Assembly (NCBI GenBank): GCA_001029755.1
Contig: CP011214.1
Coordinates: forward strand, 429,767 to 493,766
Origin: Candidatus Woesebacteria bacterium GW2011_GWF1_31_35
GTDB taxonomy: Bacteria; Patescibacteriota; Microgenomatia; UBA8517
DNA length: 64,000 bases
Direction of reading: 5' to 3'
The notes under the pieces are model-generated. The model searched no databases. It was not told the DNA's origin and saw only the letters and a program-made list of their open reading frames with translations. The position numbers were made by a program, and so were the translations under genes. Positions 9,508 through 19,865 of this stretch are shown one piece after another; position 1 is the stretch's first letter, and every line of letters starts with the position of its first letter.

Positions 9508-10863
9508 ATGTTTCCTGCCGAGACATCACTAATACCTGCAACTGTAGCTCTTGTTCGTTTCTATATAGAGAACGGATTCTTGGTATTTTTCCATAATTAT
9601 CCATTTTGGTATCTTGGTTCGACCCCATTTAAGTTTTTAATTGGCCCAATTATTCCAATAATTACCAGATTTATTGGAATTTTACTCCCTAATGTATCAT
9701 TATTTAATATATTGATATATTTTGTAATACTTAGTTTTGTAATTTCAGCAGTTGGGTGGGGGATTTTAGTCAAAAAAATCACCAATAATAAGATACTTAC
9801 ATTTTTGGTGGTATTTATCTTTCTAATTTTACCTGGTAAGTACTTTACAGCTTTTGGTTTAGAAGAAGCCACATACATAATTGCAAGAAATTTGCTTCCA
9901 TTCCTATTTTTATTTATTTTAGAAAAGAAAAAAATAACCTCGATTCTTTTTTTAAGCCTAATTTTACTAATTAATACAAGTATTTTAACTCAAAGTTTGG
10001 TAGGAATCGGGGCAATTTCTTTAAATCTAAAGGCTTTTAAAAAAAATTTAGCTTTAATTCTTTATTCATTAATAGTAATTACCTTTTGGTACACACCAAC
10101 CTACTGGTTAACAATTCTATTTAACCCTTCAATAGGGGGATTATCTTTAGGAAAACTATCTTTAAGGGTATTTGAACTTGTTAGAAGTTTACTTCCAGTA
10201 TTATTAGCCTTCTTTGTAGTTAGATTGGGTAAAATTAAAAGACCAATTTTAGAAAGATTTGGTTTAATCTGGTTTGGGGTGTTTACCTTTTTAACATTTT
10301 ATAGATTTGTAGCTGATTATGATTTCTGGTCAGATTGGACAGCTTGGTTGCCTGAACTTGAAATTGGTTTTGCTATTCTTTTTACATATTATTACCAAGC
10401 TAAAAGTTATAAAAATATTTTATGCATTATTTTAATTATTCTTTTACCAACATATATTATTATTAAAAATATATCGTTTAAAAATTTGATAACAAGTTCA
10501 CCTCCAAGGTATATGCAAAGTATTGATAAACTAAGTAAACTATCAGATGGTAAAAATGTATTTCTATCAGGAAGTTCAGTCTTTTGGGTGAATGCTTTTT
10601 ATAATATAAACCAAGTCAGAGGTGGTAAAGACCAGGTATCAATGCATAAAACTTGGGATAAAGCTTCATATGAATTTAGAGAAGGGGATGATGTAGAAAA
10701 AACCTTCATCTGGTTAAAAAATTTAAATATAAACTATGTACTTGTCCATACAAGCGAGTCTCAAGAGTATTATAAAGACTTTCAAAATATATATAAATGG
10801 AACAACGTAGGTGAAGTTGTTTGGCAAGATAATGGTGATTTTATTGTCAAAACTTCAGATTAG
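9508..10863 (+). CDS. Polytopic membrane protein, probable GT-C/PTPS-related family
   Basis: YPFWYLGSTPF loop, many TMs, FWYTP, C-terminal soluble domain with LNINYVLVH. Confidence 0.65.
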   Translation: MFPAETSLIPATVALVRFYIENGFLVFFHNYPFWYLGSTPFKFLIGPIIPIITRFIGILLPNVSLFNILIYFVILSFVISAVGWGILVKKITNNKILTFLVVFIFLILPGKYFTAFGLEEATYIIARNLLPFLFLFILEKKKITSILFLSLILLINTSILTQSLVGIGAISLNLKAFKKNLALILYSLIVITFWYTPTYWLTILFNPSIGGLSLGKLSLRVFELVRSLLPVLLAFFVVRLGKIKRPILERFGLIWFGVFTFLTFYRFVADYDFWSDWTAWLPELEIGFAILFTYYYQAKSYKNILCIILIILLPTYIIIKNISFKNLITSSPPRYMQSIDKLSKLSDGKNVFLSGSSVFWVNAFYNINQVRGGKDQVSMHKTWDKASYEFREGDDVEKTFIWLKNLNINYVLVHTSESQEYYKDFQNIYKWNNVGEVVWQDNGDFIVKTSD

Positions 10864-10880
10864 AAGTGTTTATCCTTTGT

Positions 10881-11183
10881 TTATTTATTGATTAAATATA
10901 TTGTAAGTAGAGTTAAGTCAATAATAACAAAGAAGATAAACAAACCTATTAACCATCTATTAATAACAATTTTAGATTTAATTTTAATATGTTTTACTTT
11001 GTGATGAGTATTATAAATACTAATAAGCTGTAGTTTGTTATAGTATCTTCTGTTTGTTGGTGTTCTTAGGGGTTTTATATAACCATTTCTTTCCCATCTT
11101 CTTAAAGTGTCTTTAGAAATTTTTAGTAATTTAGAAGCCTCTGAAATTGATAATCGAATATTTAAATCTGTATTCATATACAT
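10881..11183 (-). CDS. MerR-type HTH protein with a C-terminal membrane anchor
   Basis: LSISEASKLLKISKDTLRRWERNGYIKPLRTPTNRRYY; terminal hydrophobic helix. Confidence 0.8.
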   Translation of the reverse strand: MYMNTDLNIRLSISEASKLLKISKDTLRRWERNGYIKPLRTPTNRRYYNKLQLISIYNTHHKVKHIKIKSKIVINRWLIGLFIFFVIIDLTLLTIYLINK

Positions 11184-11517
11184 ATATTTACATATATATC
11201 ATTTAGTTGTCAATTACTAATGAGCTACATATAGAAAACATAGTAATAGTAATCTAGTCTTAGATAATAGCTTTAAATTTGACTTGGTGAGCTTAAAAAG
11301 TATTGTTTATTAAGTTATTAACTATCTTATGTTTAAGGTTAACACGTACAGTTTAGGTAGCGTAAGGGTAAAATCGGACACTTTTTGGATACAGATTTAT
11401 CTTTATTTATCATATTAATATATCTTATAATACTTTATTAAATATATATTTCCCCATAAATTAAAGACTATTGACAGGAGTTAGTATGGTATCTGACAAT
11501 TATACTAACTTAAATAT

Positions 11518-14500
11518 ATGACTGCACTTGATAAAAAGAAAGAAATTGTTGATTTAGTAACATCTAAGCAAGTAAATGTTTCTAATATTGCAAGAAAATA
11601 TGGTATTTCTAGAGATACTATATATAGGTGGGTCAATAACGGAGTCAAAACAGATAATTATTTAAGGGGTGATAGTCATCCAAACGCTATATATCCTAAA
11701 GCAAAAAAAGAAGTTATAAGACTTATAGTTAAAGACCCTTCTTTAGGTTGTAGGAAATTAAGTCAGGAATTATTAGGCAAGAATATTAAATTGAGTCATT
11801 CTCAAGTAAATAAACTTTTAAACAAATTGGGTGCTGAAAATTATGATAGAAGAGTTAATTTTACGAAAAATTATCAAGGTCCTAGAAGATTTAAGGATGA
11901 TGTGAGAAGCGAAATAGTTAATAGGCATTTGGAAGGAGAAAAGATTTCAGATTTAGCTTCAAAATATAGTATTTCAAGGGATACTATTTATAGATGGATT
12001 AATAATCATAACTCAGGAGTTGGTTTATCTGATAAATATGTAAAGGGAGAAAATCATCCAAAGGCTATTTATCCTTCACTAGAGCCTGAAGTACTACAAA
12101 TAGTAGGGAGTAATCCAGGTCTTTCAGCACACTTGATTGCGAAAGAAGTTAATTGTTCTGTTTGGACTATTTGGAAAATATTAGACAAGAATAATTTAAA
12201 TCTTGCTTCTCAAAGAATTGCATATGCTAATGAACTTTCTACAAGAGAACAAAAAGTTATCGAATCGAAAGCTTCTGATACAGTTAGATCTGTTTTTGAT
12301 AGTTTTGTTCCAAACGTAGCCCCAGCACCACCGCCATCTAAATTTAATTTTAAATTACTTCGTTTCTTTGTCATCTTCCCCATTTTTGTATTTTTAATAA
12401 CCTATGCAAGTATGTATTGGATATCAACTATTACTTCAATTGGAGCAATATTTGCAACTGTCGCGTTAGTTATGGGTATGTTCTTCTTCATGTACTCACT
12501 TAAATATTATCTTTCTTTAGCAATTGTACTTTCTAATTTACAAGAAGATGGGATAGTAAAGAGGGGTAAAAACCTAATTGATTGGGTCTTGGGAAATAAC
12601 TCAGATATAGTAAACAATAATTCTAAATTTATTGGTCTCGAGCCAAATATTGACAATATAATTTTAAAAAACCATCCATTTGTTTCAGTCCATGTTGCAC
12701 TTTTCAACGAAAGAAACGTGGTAGATAGATTAGTTAAGGCTGTAACTTCATTTGAATATGATAATTATGAAGTTATTTTAGCTGATGATTCAACAGATGA
12801 AACATCTGAAAAAATTAGACAGTATCAGGAAAAGTATCTATTTAAAGGAGAAACTTTAAAAGAAACAAAAGGTGATGGTTGGACTTTAACCTCAGTCGAA
12901 GTTAGAAAAGGTGTAACTTTTAAACACTTACACAGAATAAATAGGTTAGGTTACAAAGGAGGAGCCCTAGATCTTGCCTTAAAATTAACAGATTCAAGGG
13001 CAGAATATGTTTCTATCTTTGATGCTGACTTTGTACCATATCCTGATTCTATTAGTTTATTTCTAAAGTACTTCCAAGCCCAGAATGATCCTAATGTAGC
13101 AGCAGTTCAAGGGTATCAATGGCATGTATTAAACAAATCAGAAAACTGGATCACAAGGGGAGTTAGAAGTGAATACTCAGGCTCATATGTTATTGAACGC
13201 GCTGGTACTGAAATATATGGTGGTTTAAAACAAATATCAGGCTCTGTTTATATGATCAAGAAGAATATTCTAGAATCAATTGGTTGGGGAACATCAATTA
13301 CTGAAGATTTTGAACTTACCTTAAAGCTTTACGAGAAAGGCTACAAAGTAGTTTATACTCCATACATTCAAGCCCCAGCAGAATGTGTTTCTACCTTAAA
13401 ACGCTTAATTCGTCAAAGGATGCGTTGGGCTGAAGGACATTCATTTAACATTAAAAGAATGTTTAAAAAATTAATGTTATCTCCAAAACTTTCATTTGCT
13501 GAAAAGTTTGAAACTGCCTACCTTACCCCATACTACTTACAAGCATTCTTCTTCCTTGTAGGTACTCTTTCCTGGCTTATTTCAGAAACCATCTTTAAAG
13601 TTAGACTTCCTTTCTGGACAGAACTTTGGGGATGGAGTTTAGTTCTTACAAACATGATTTCCTTACCACTTCTTAATTCAGTAGGTCTTTTCCTAGAAGA
13701 ATCAGAACAGAAAGACTATTCAGGAATTGCATCCTTTGTTGCTCTATCATATGTAGTTGTTCCATTCCAAGCATATGCTTCCATTAAAGGCTTTATTGAA
13801 TCCTCAGAAGGTCCATGGTTTAGAACACCAAAGACAGGTAAAATCACAGATATCTTCTCTAGAAACAAATTCTATAGATTTATACAGGGAATTATTCCTG
13901 GTAAATCTCCAGTTTTAGAAGAGAGCTATTTAGCATTAACTACAGCTAATAATAGGTTTGATAATTTTAATATCAAAAAAGCAAAGAATAAAAGATGGAT
14001 TGGGAAAACATTTTTAGTAGTACTTCTGTCCATTAGTATTACTATTTATAGCATGTCAGACAGTTTGGTTAAAATGTCATATGCTGCAATGGATAATTTG
14101 GGAGATGGATCTGATGGTGCAATTACTGTTTCATCAAATACGAATTGCCAGACAACAGATATTTCGATAGACGATGGAGATTCAACAGCGGATTGCATGG
14201 CAACTTATGTAAGTAGTACTTCTAGTTCAGGGGGAGCAACTCTAAATGTAAGTTCAACAACTGGTTTTTATGCAAATGATGAGATTTTAATTATTTCAAT
14301 TCTTGGAACTAGTCCTACTGCTGGGATTTATGAATTTAAAACAATTCAATCGATTGGTGCTGGAAGTTTTACTTTAACTACTAACTTATCTAATACATAT
14401 ACATACAGTTCAGATGTGGCTGAAACAATGGTTGTTAGAGTTCCACAATACACTAGTGTAACAATAGATACTGGTATTACTTTAAATGTTTCAGCTTATT

Positions 14501-15708
14501 CCACAACAAATAACACCGGTGGCATTTTGGCCTTTAGGGCTACTGGAACAGTAACTGTGACAGGTTATATTAATTTAAATGGTCTGGGATTCCCAGGAGG
14601 AGCCCAGAAAACGGGTGGGAGTGGTGGTACAAGTGGAGGTACAGGTGGAGCTGCAACTTCAGGGGATAATGGATTAGGTGGTGGTAAAGGTTTGGCCGGT
14701 GGAGCGGGAGGAAATCCTGGGTCTGGAAGTGGAACAAAAGGTGGAGGAGGCGCTGGTGGTACAGATGGAGGTGGTGGAGGAGGTTGCTATTATTCAGAAT
14801 GTACTGCGGGAGGAAGTGGAACTTCGGGGACAGGTGGAAATAGTGGTGGTGGTACAAGTGGGGGTACTGGAAGCGCTGGGTCTTTGGGTTCTGCTGGGTC
14901 ATCATATGGATCAGCCGACTTAAGTTCGATGTTTTTTGGTTCTGGTGGTGCCAGTGGAGCAGGTGGAGCAGGTGGGGGAGGTGGAGATACTGCCGGTGGA
15001 GCAGGTGGTAATGGTGGAGCAGGTGGGGGAGGTGGGGGAATAATTTATATATCTGCAAATAGTATATCTGTTTCAGGATCTGTGTCTGTGACTGGATCTA
15101 ATGGAAGTCTCGGAGAGAGTGGAAATGGGGGTAATTCTTCAACTGGTCCCAACGTTCCCGGCGGAGGTGGAGCTCCTGGAGCAGGTGGGGGAGGTGGAGC
15201 AGGTGGATCAATTTTTTTGAGAGCAACTAGTTTGACAATGGGAAGTAGTTTAATTATAAGTACGGCTGGTTCAGGTGCTAGTGGTGGAGCAAGTGGTGGA
15301 GTTGGGGGGGAATTTGACCCTGATCCATTAGTTATAGGTGATGAGTATTCTGGTGGTAATAGTAGTGCAGGTGCTGGTGGAGGAGCGGCAGTTAGTAAAA
15401 AGGTGGGTGGTAATGCTAGTGGCGGTGGGGCAGGAAGTGGTGGTAACGGGAGTGCTGGTAGGATTCATATAGAGTATGATACCGGCTATACTGGAGAAAG
15501 TGATCCAATATCGGATAAATCTCAAATTCCTGAAAATGTAATTTTATTATTACCATTAATTTTATTATTTCCTAAAGTATTAGAATGGTTTAAGAAAAAA
15601 AGAAAAAAGTCTAAAGATCTAAAACCAAAAGATTTTGTTTATATTTTCAAAAATATTTGTACAATCAATAATGAATACTATTATTTTTGGCGAGGGCCAC
15701 CAAGTTAA
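11518..15708 (+). CDS. Fusion: tandem HTH repeats + processive GT2 (cellulose synthase-like) + Gly-rich extracellular domain + exosortase-type sorting signal
   Basis: Two ~120-aa repeats each with ISRDTIYRW; DDSTD, FDAD, TED, RQRMRW and RTPK GT2 motifs; internal signal-like TM; GDGSDG and a Gly-rich tract; IPEN-TM-KKKRKK. Confidence 0.9.
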   Translation: MTALDKKKEIVDLVTSKQVNVSNIARKYGISRDTIYRWVNNGVKTDNYLRGDSHPNAIYPKAKKEVIRLIVKDPSLGCRKLSQELLGKNIKLSHSQVNKLLNKLGAENYDRRVNFTKNYQGPRRFKDDVRSEIVNRHLEGEKISDLASKYSISRDTIYRWINNHNSGVGLSDKYVKGENHPKAIYPSLEPEVLQIVGSNPGLSAHLIAKEVNCSVWTIWKILDKNNLNLASQRIAYANELSTREQKVIESKASDTVRSVFDSFVPNVAPAPPPSKFNFKLLRFFVIFPIFVFLITYASMYWISTITSIGAIFATVALVMGMFFFMYSLKYYLSLAIVLSNLQEDGIVKRGKNLIDWVLGNNSDIVNNNSKFIGLEPNIDNIILKNHPFVSVHVALFNERNVVDRLVKAVTSFEYDNYEVILADDSTDETSEKIRQYQEKYLFKGETLKETKGDGWTLTSVEVRKGVTFKHLHRINRLGYKGGALDLALKLTDSRAEYVSIFDADFVPYPDSISLFLKYFQAQNDPNVAAVQGYQWHVLNKSENWITRGVRSEYSGSYVIERAGTEIYGGLKQISGSVYMIKKNILESIGWGTSITEDFELTLKLYEKGYKVVYTPYIQAPAECVSTLKRLIRQRMRWAEGHSFNIKRMFKKLMLSPKLSFAEKFETAYLTPYYLQAFFFLVGTLSWLISETIFKVRLPFWTELWGWSLVLTNMISLPLLNSVGLFLEESEQKDYSGIASFVALSYVVVPFQAYASIKGFIESSEGPWFRTPKTGKITDIFSRNKFYRFIQGIIPGKSPVLEESYLALTTANNRFDNFNIKKAKNKRWIGKTFLVVLLSISITIYSMSDSLVKMSYAAMDNLGDGSDGAITVSSNTNCQTTDISIDDGDSTADCMATYVSSTSSSGGATLNVSSTTGFYANDEILIISILGTSPTAGIYEFKTIQSIGAGSFTLTTNLSNTYTYSSDVAETMVVRVPQYTSVTIDTGITLNVSAYSTTNNTGGILAFRATGTVTVTGYINLNGLGFPGGAQKTGGSGGTSGGTGGAATSGDNGLGGGKGLAGGAGGNPGSGSGTKGGGGAGGTDGGGGGGCYYSECTAGGSGTSGTGGNSGGGTSGGTGSAGSLGSAGSSYGSADLSSMFFGSGGASGAGGAGGGGGDTAGGAGGNGGAGGGGGGIIYISANSISVSGSVSVTGSNGSLGESGNGGNSSTGPNVPGGGGAPGAGGGGGAGGSIFLRATSLTMGSSLIISTAGSGASGGASGGVGGEFDPDPLVIGDEYSGGNSSAGAGGGAAVSKKVGGNASGGGAGSGGNGSAGRIHIEYDTGYTGESDPISDKSQIPENVILLLPLILLFPKVLEWFKKKRKKSKDLKPKDFVYIFKNICTINNEYYYFWRGPPS

Positions 15709-15727
15709 AAATTAAAAAAAGAAATAT

Positions 15728-16276
15728 ATGAAACAAAAAAAGACATTTAAAATGATTTTGACGATACTAGCTATATCTTTAGCTGTGTTACCTTTATTGG
15801 TAAGTTTCAATGAGATTTTGACTAAAGTTTTTGAAACATTTTCTTTATATAAATGGATCGAAAATTATATAGTTCCACGCCAGGCAGCTATGGTGGGGGT
15901 TATTTTGAGCCCATTTAATATTAATTATTCTGTTTTTAGGGGTGGATTAATAATTAATGGTAGTTATGTACACATAACGTGGAATTGTATTGGTTGGCAA
16001 AGTCTTATTGTATTAATTACAACTTTTTTTGTTGGATTAAAGGGTAAAAATTATACTAATTTTTCAAAAATTGAAACAATTATACTTGGTTTAGTTGGGA
16101 CATTACTTATTAATTTACTAAGAATGTCAATTCTAATTCTGTTGTATGTTTATGCAACAGAACTGTCAATGATAATCTTTCATAATTATTTTGCAGCTAT
16201 AATGACGATGTTATGGTTAGCATTCTTTTGGTGGTTTTCATACCTTTACATTTTAGAAGAAAAAAATAATATTTGA
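15728..16276 (+). CDS. Exosortase/archaeosortase family protein
   Basis: Multi-TM with the catalytic triad pattern WNCIGW, NLLR, FHNY. Confidence 0.85.
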   Translation: MKQKKTFKMILTILAISLAVLPLLVSFNEILTKVFETFSLYKWIENYIVPRQAAMVGVILSPFNINYSVFRGGLIINGSYVHITWNCIGWQSLIVLITTFFVGLKGKNYTNFSKIETIILGLVGTLLINLLRMSILILLYVYATELSMIIFHNYFAAIMTMLWLAFFWWFSYLYILEEKNNI

Positions 16277-16535
16277 TACTTATCAAATTGTTTTATTGTT
16301 TTCATTAATTATTTTATGATAAAATATATTCTACTAATAAAAAATAAGGAGAGTTAATAAATAATAAAAATTGACTACTTTGATAATTTCTTAATTCTTA
16401 TTTTTCTAGTATAGAAAAAATGACTGAATATAGTTCAACCATTTGTCTTGGTGAGAGAGTATTTGTTAACATAATATGTCCATTCGAATAGATATTCTTT
16501 CTCTAAAATAATCATTAATAGTTTTTGATAAGTCT

Positions 16536-19445
16536 ATGTTTAGCCACTATTTGAGGAGGAAACAAATTCTGTATTTAGCATTTTTTGTGTCTGGAATTTC
16601 TGCAATAATATACGAAATTCTTTGGATAAGAGTTCTTTCGCTTGCTTTTGGTGCTGTAACAATAATAATTGCCTCTGTGGCTAGTTTGTTTCTATTAGGT
16701 TTATGCCTTGGTTCTTTTATAGGTGGAAGGTTTACAGACATTGTTTCAAAACATAAGCTTAATTATTTGTTTATTCTTTATTTCTTAATCGAAATTTCCG
16801 TTGGTCTATTTGCTTACGTGAACTTTAACCTTTTTTCATCCTTTTCTTTAGCTGCTGGTCAATATAGATATTTTGTTGTGTTAATATGTATTTTGATACA
16901 TTCTTTTTTGCTGGGGGCTACATGGCCAATGATGTTTAAAATGATTTTAAGTATGGGAGAGGATTGGAATGTTGCTGGAAAGATTACTTTTATTAATACT
17001 TTCGGTGGTTTTATTGGTGCAGCTTCATCTAATTTCTTTCTGATTGCAAATATTGGTTTAGAAAAAACTTTGTTTTTGGCGATATCCTTGAATCTACTGG
17101 CCTCGTTTATGGTACTATCTTCCTATAGTAGAAATTATTTTTTTTCAAATAACTTAATAAACGTAAAACAGTTGAAAGAAAAACGTGTTTTTTTAGATGG
17201 AAAATTTTGGATTTTTGGTTTGATGTTTTTTACGGGGTTTGTTGGAATGGGACTTGAAATTTTGTGGATGAGAACCTTTGGACTTATTTTTGGTAATTCA
17301 ATTTATTCTTTTTCAATTTTACTTGCAGTAATTTTACTTTCCCTGTCTTTGGGGGGACTAATTATCGGATTTATGAAATCAAGTAAAGTATCTATAAATG
17401 GATTGATAAATATTATAGTTTTAGGGGTAATCTCTATTTTAATTGGAATGATTTTAATTGGTAGATTTCCAGAAATATTATTGTCCCTTAAAATAAATCT
17501 AATAGAATCATTTATAAGTTATAGTCTGCTTCAGTTTGTCTTTGTGGGTGTAATAGTAGTTATTCCTGCCATGCTATCTGGGATGGTGTTTCCATATGGC
17601 GTTAGGATGCTCAAAATTTATAACAACATACCAGGAACTATTTCAGGATTTTCATATTTTATAAACACCCTAGGGTCAGTTTTTGGTGGTTTAATTTCAG
17701 CAATGTTTATCCTTCCTTTTTTGGGAATAAAAAATGGACTAATTTTTCTGACAGGACTTTTTTTCTTTCTTCCAGTTATTTGGTTTATCAGTAAAAAAAG
17801 AAATAAAGATATATTTTTTTTGACACTAATTATTTTTGTTTTAGGATTAATAGCTTTTAAAACTTGGGATGAAAGAAAATTAGCCTCCGGAGTATATTAT
17901 TATGGGGGCCGTGCAATGAATGAAGGTGGTTGGAATATGATTTATTATAAAGATGGTAGGGAATCGACAGTGTCGGTTACAAGGTATAGGGGAGAAAATG
18001 CATTAAGAATAAATGGAAAAGTTGATGCGTCTAGCAAAGGAGATAGGGAAACACAATTAATGCTAGGTCATGTCCCAGTACTTCTAAGTAGAAACCCAAA
18101 AAACGTTTTAGTGATAGGGTTAGGTAGTGGTACAACAGCCGGAGCGGTAAATAAGCATGATGATGTTACAAACTTAACAGTTGTTGAAATTGAACCAGAG
18201 GTTGCAAAGGTTGCAGAAAAATATTTCTTTGAAGTAAACAATTTAGTTTTGAGTGATCCAGAAACCAAGTTAGTTATTAATGATGCACGGAATTTTTTGT
18301 TGAAAACAAAGGATAAATATGATGTTATTACTTCGGAACCGTCTAATCCTTGGATTGCAGGTGAAGGCAGTCTTTTTACAAAAGAATTTTTTGAGATAGG
18401 CAAATCAAAACTTGATAATAATGGGATTTTTTTTCAATGGTTACATTTATATAATATTGGCCAATCTGAAGTTAAAAGTGTGTTGGCTACATTCAAATCA
18501 GTTTTTCCACATACATTAATTTTGATAGGTGTAGAACCTAATGATATTTTCTTGGCTGGTAGTAATGAAAAAATAGATATTGATTGGAACAGGTTTATTA
18601 CCTTTAAATCAGACAATTTTAATATCGGGTCAGACATTATGAGTTTATTTTGTAATACTGAAATATCATCGGAAATGGTCACGAATAGTGAAATTAATAT
18701 AGATAATAAACCCACACTTGAATATAGGTCACCCTTTAATTTAAGAAAAAATACTCTTCCCAGCAATTTTTCCTTTATATTAAAATTCTGTCAGGAACCA
18801 AAAAGACTATTAGATAATTTAGAGGTTCCACAAGAATATAGAGAATCGTTAATACTCACGCTAAAGGCTAGAAAAAAACTATTAGAAGCAGAGATTGAAT
18901 ATGAAAAAGGTAATATTGACAATGCGATTTATTTACTTGAGGAAGCGATAAAAGATGATAAAAACACGCCCCATGTTAAAGAACGGACAGCAGAGTTATA
19001 TGTTGAAAAAGCGGATGAGTTAATCTCAAGCATGGGTTTTATTAATAACAGTGTTGCAGAAAGATATTTGATTGATTCAATTTATTTTGCACCGAATTAT
19101 TATAATGGATCTATTAGTTTGATGTATTTATATATAAACCAAGGAAGATTGAAAGAAGCTGAAGAATTAATAAAAGAAAGCGAAAAAAAGTTTCCATGGT
19201 CGGGTGCTGTTTTAATGTATAAAGGGATAATAACTGGATTAAATGGTGATAGCTCAAAAGAAGAAAAATTATTGCTTGAAGCCTATTCACTTGAGGGTTG
19301 GAATACTGTAATTATTAACAATTTAGCCAATTTCTATTTATCAAAAGGTGATGAAGAAAAAGCTATTGAGATGTTGGAAAAATCTGTAATAATTGATTCT
19401 GATCAACAAATTGTTCTCAAATGGTTACGCGAATTAAAGAATTAA
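16536..19445 (+). CDS. Fused MFS-like membrane domain / spermidine synthase-like SAM-dependent domain / TPR
   Basis: YEILWIR and LEILWMR duplicated membrane halves; VIGLGSGTT, VEIEP, DARNF, DVITSEPSNPW; TPR-like C-terminus. Confidence 0.88.
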   Translation: MFSHYLRRKQILYLAFFVSGISAIIYEILWIRVLSLAFGAVTIIIASVASLFLLGLCLGSFIGGRFTDIVSKHKLNYLFILYFLIEISVGLFAYVNFNLFSSFSLAAGQYRYFVVLICILIHSFLLGATWPMMFKMILSMGEDWNVAGKITFINTFGGFIGAASSNFFLIANIGLEKTLFLAISLNLLASFMVLSSYSRNYFFSNNLINVKQLKEKRVFLDGKFWIFGLMFFTGFVGMGLEILWMRTFGLIFGNSIYSFSILLAVILLSLSLGGLIIGFMKSSKVSINGLINIIVLGVISILIGMILIGRFPEILLSLKINLIESFISYSLLQFVFVGVIVVIPAMLSGMVFPYGVRMLKIYNNIPGTISGFSYFINTLGSVFGGLISAMFILPFLGIKNGLIFLTGLFFFLPVIWFISKKRNKDIFFLTLIIFVLGLIAFKTWDERKLASGVYYYGGRAMNEGGWNMIYYKDGRESTVSVTRYRGENALRINGKVDASSKGDRETQLMLGHVPVLLSRNPKNVLVIGLGSGTTAGAVNKHDDVTNLTVVEIEPEVAKVAEKYFFEVNNLVLSDPETKLVINDARNFLLKTKDKYDVITSEPSNPWIAGEGSLFTKEFFEIGKSKLDNNGIFFQWLHLYNIGQSEVKSVLATFKSVFPHTLILIGVEPNDIFLAGSNEKIDIDWNRFITFKSDNFNIGSDIMSLFCNTEISSEMVTNSEINIDNKPTLEYRSPFNLRKNTLPSNFSFILKFCQEPKRLLDNLEVPQEYRESLILTLKARKKLLEAEIEYEKGNIDNAIYLLEEAIKDDKNTPHVKERTAELYVEKADELISSMGFINNSVAERYLIDSIYFAPNYYNGSISLMYLYINQGRLKEAEELIKESEKKFPWSGAVLMYKGIITGLNGDSSKEEKLLLEAYSLEGWNTVIINNLANFYLSKGDEEKAIEMLEKSVIIDSDQQIVLKWLRELKN

Positions 19446-19721
19446 TATATTTTTTATAATATTACTAGTTAAAATAGATCATCAGATAAAAACTAAAAAA
19501 TAATTAATTTTTTTAGAAATCAACCGGAATTGGTGTGGGTATTGTGTGAGCATGTATTATTAAGTGTAAAGTATCCAATTTATTAAAACAAATTCATCAA
19601 AAAAGCAAATAAAAAGAGGATTAGTTTTTAAATTATAAAAAAACACATAATCCTCTCTTTTTCAGCTACATACTATCTGCGGGTAGAAAAATAGAACATA
19701 CGACACTACTGTCTAAACAAA

Positions 19722-19865
19722 CTATACCACAGGAAATGGTTCAGAAACAAGTATAGGATCATATGGAAATGGTGGAACCTCTCTCTTTGCTGCTAAGACG
19801 TCAGTCTTGGTACCTAAAATAAATAATGCTGTAAATAACATAGCTACTAAAATTGCTTTTTTCAA
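19722..19865 (-). CDS. Small secreted Pro-rich peptide (47 aa, not in the ORF track)
   Basis: TTG start; MKKAILVAMLFTALFILGTKTDVLAAKREVPPFPYDPILVSEPFPVV*; SD AAGGGGGTGAT 5 nt upstream; TTGACT-18-TACTAT promoter (19926-19897). Confidence 0.7.
   Translation of the reverse strand: MKKAILVAMLFTALFILGTKTDVLAAKREVPPFPYDPILVSEPFPVV

Noticed and set aside
11518-12250. IS element inserted at the start of the GT2 gene
   Set aside because: Only HTH repeats are present: no DDE domain and no terminal inverted repeats seen, and the frame is continuous with the GT2.
14580-15460. GC-rich repetitive tract as a CRISPR array or foreign DNA
   Set aside because: Explained by GGN glycine codons; no fixed repeat-spacer periodicity. 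No CRISPR array was seen anywhere in the window.
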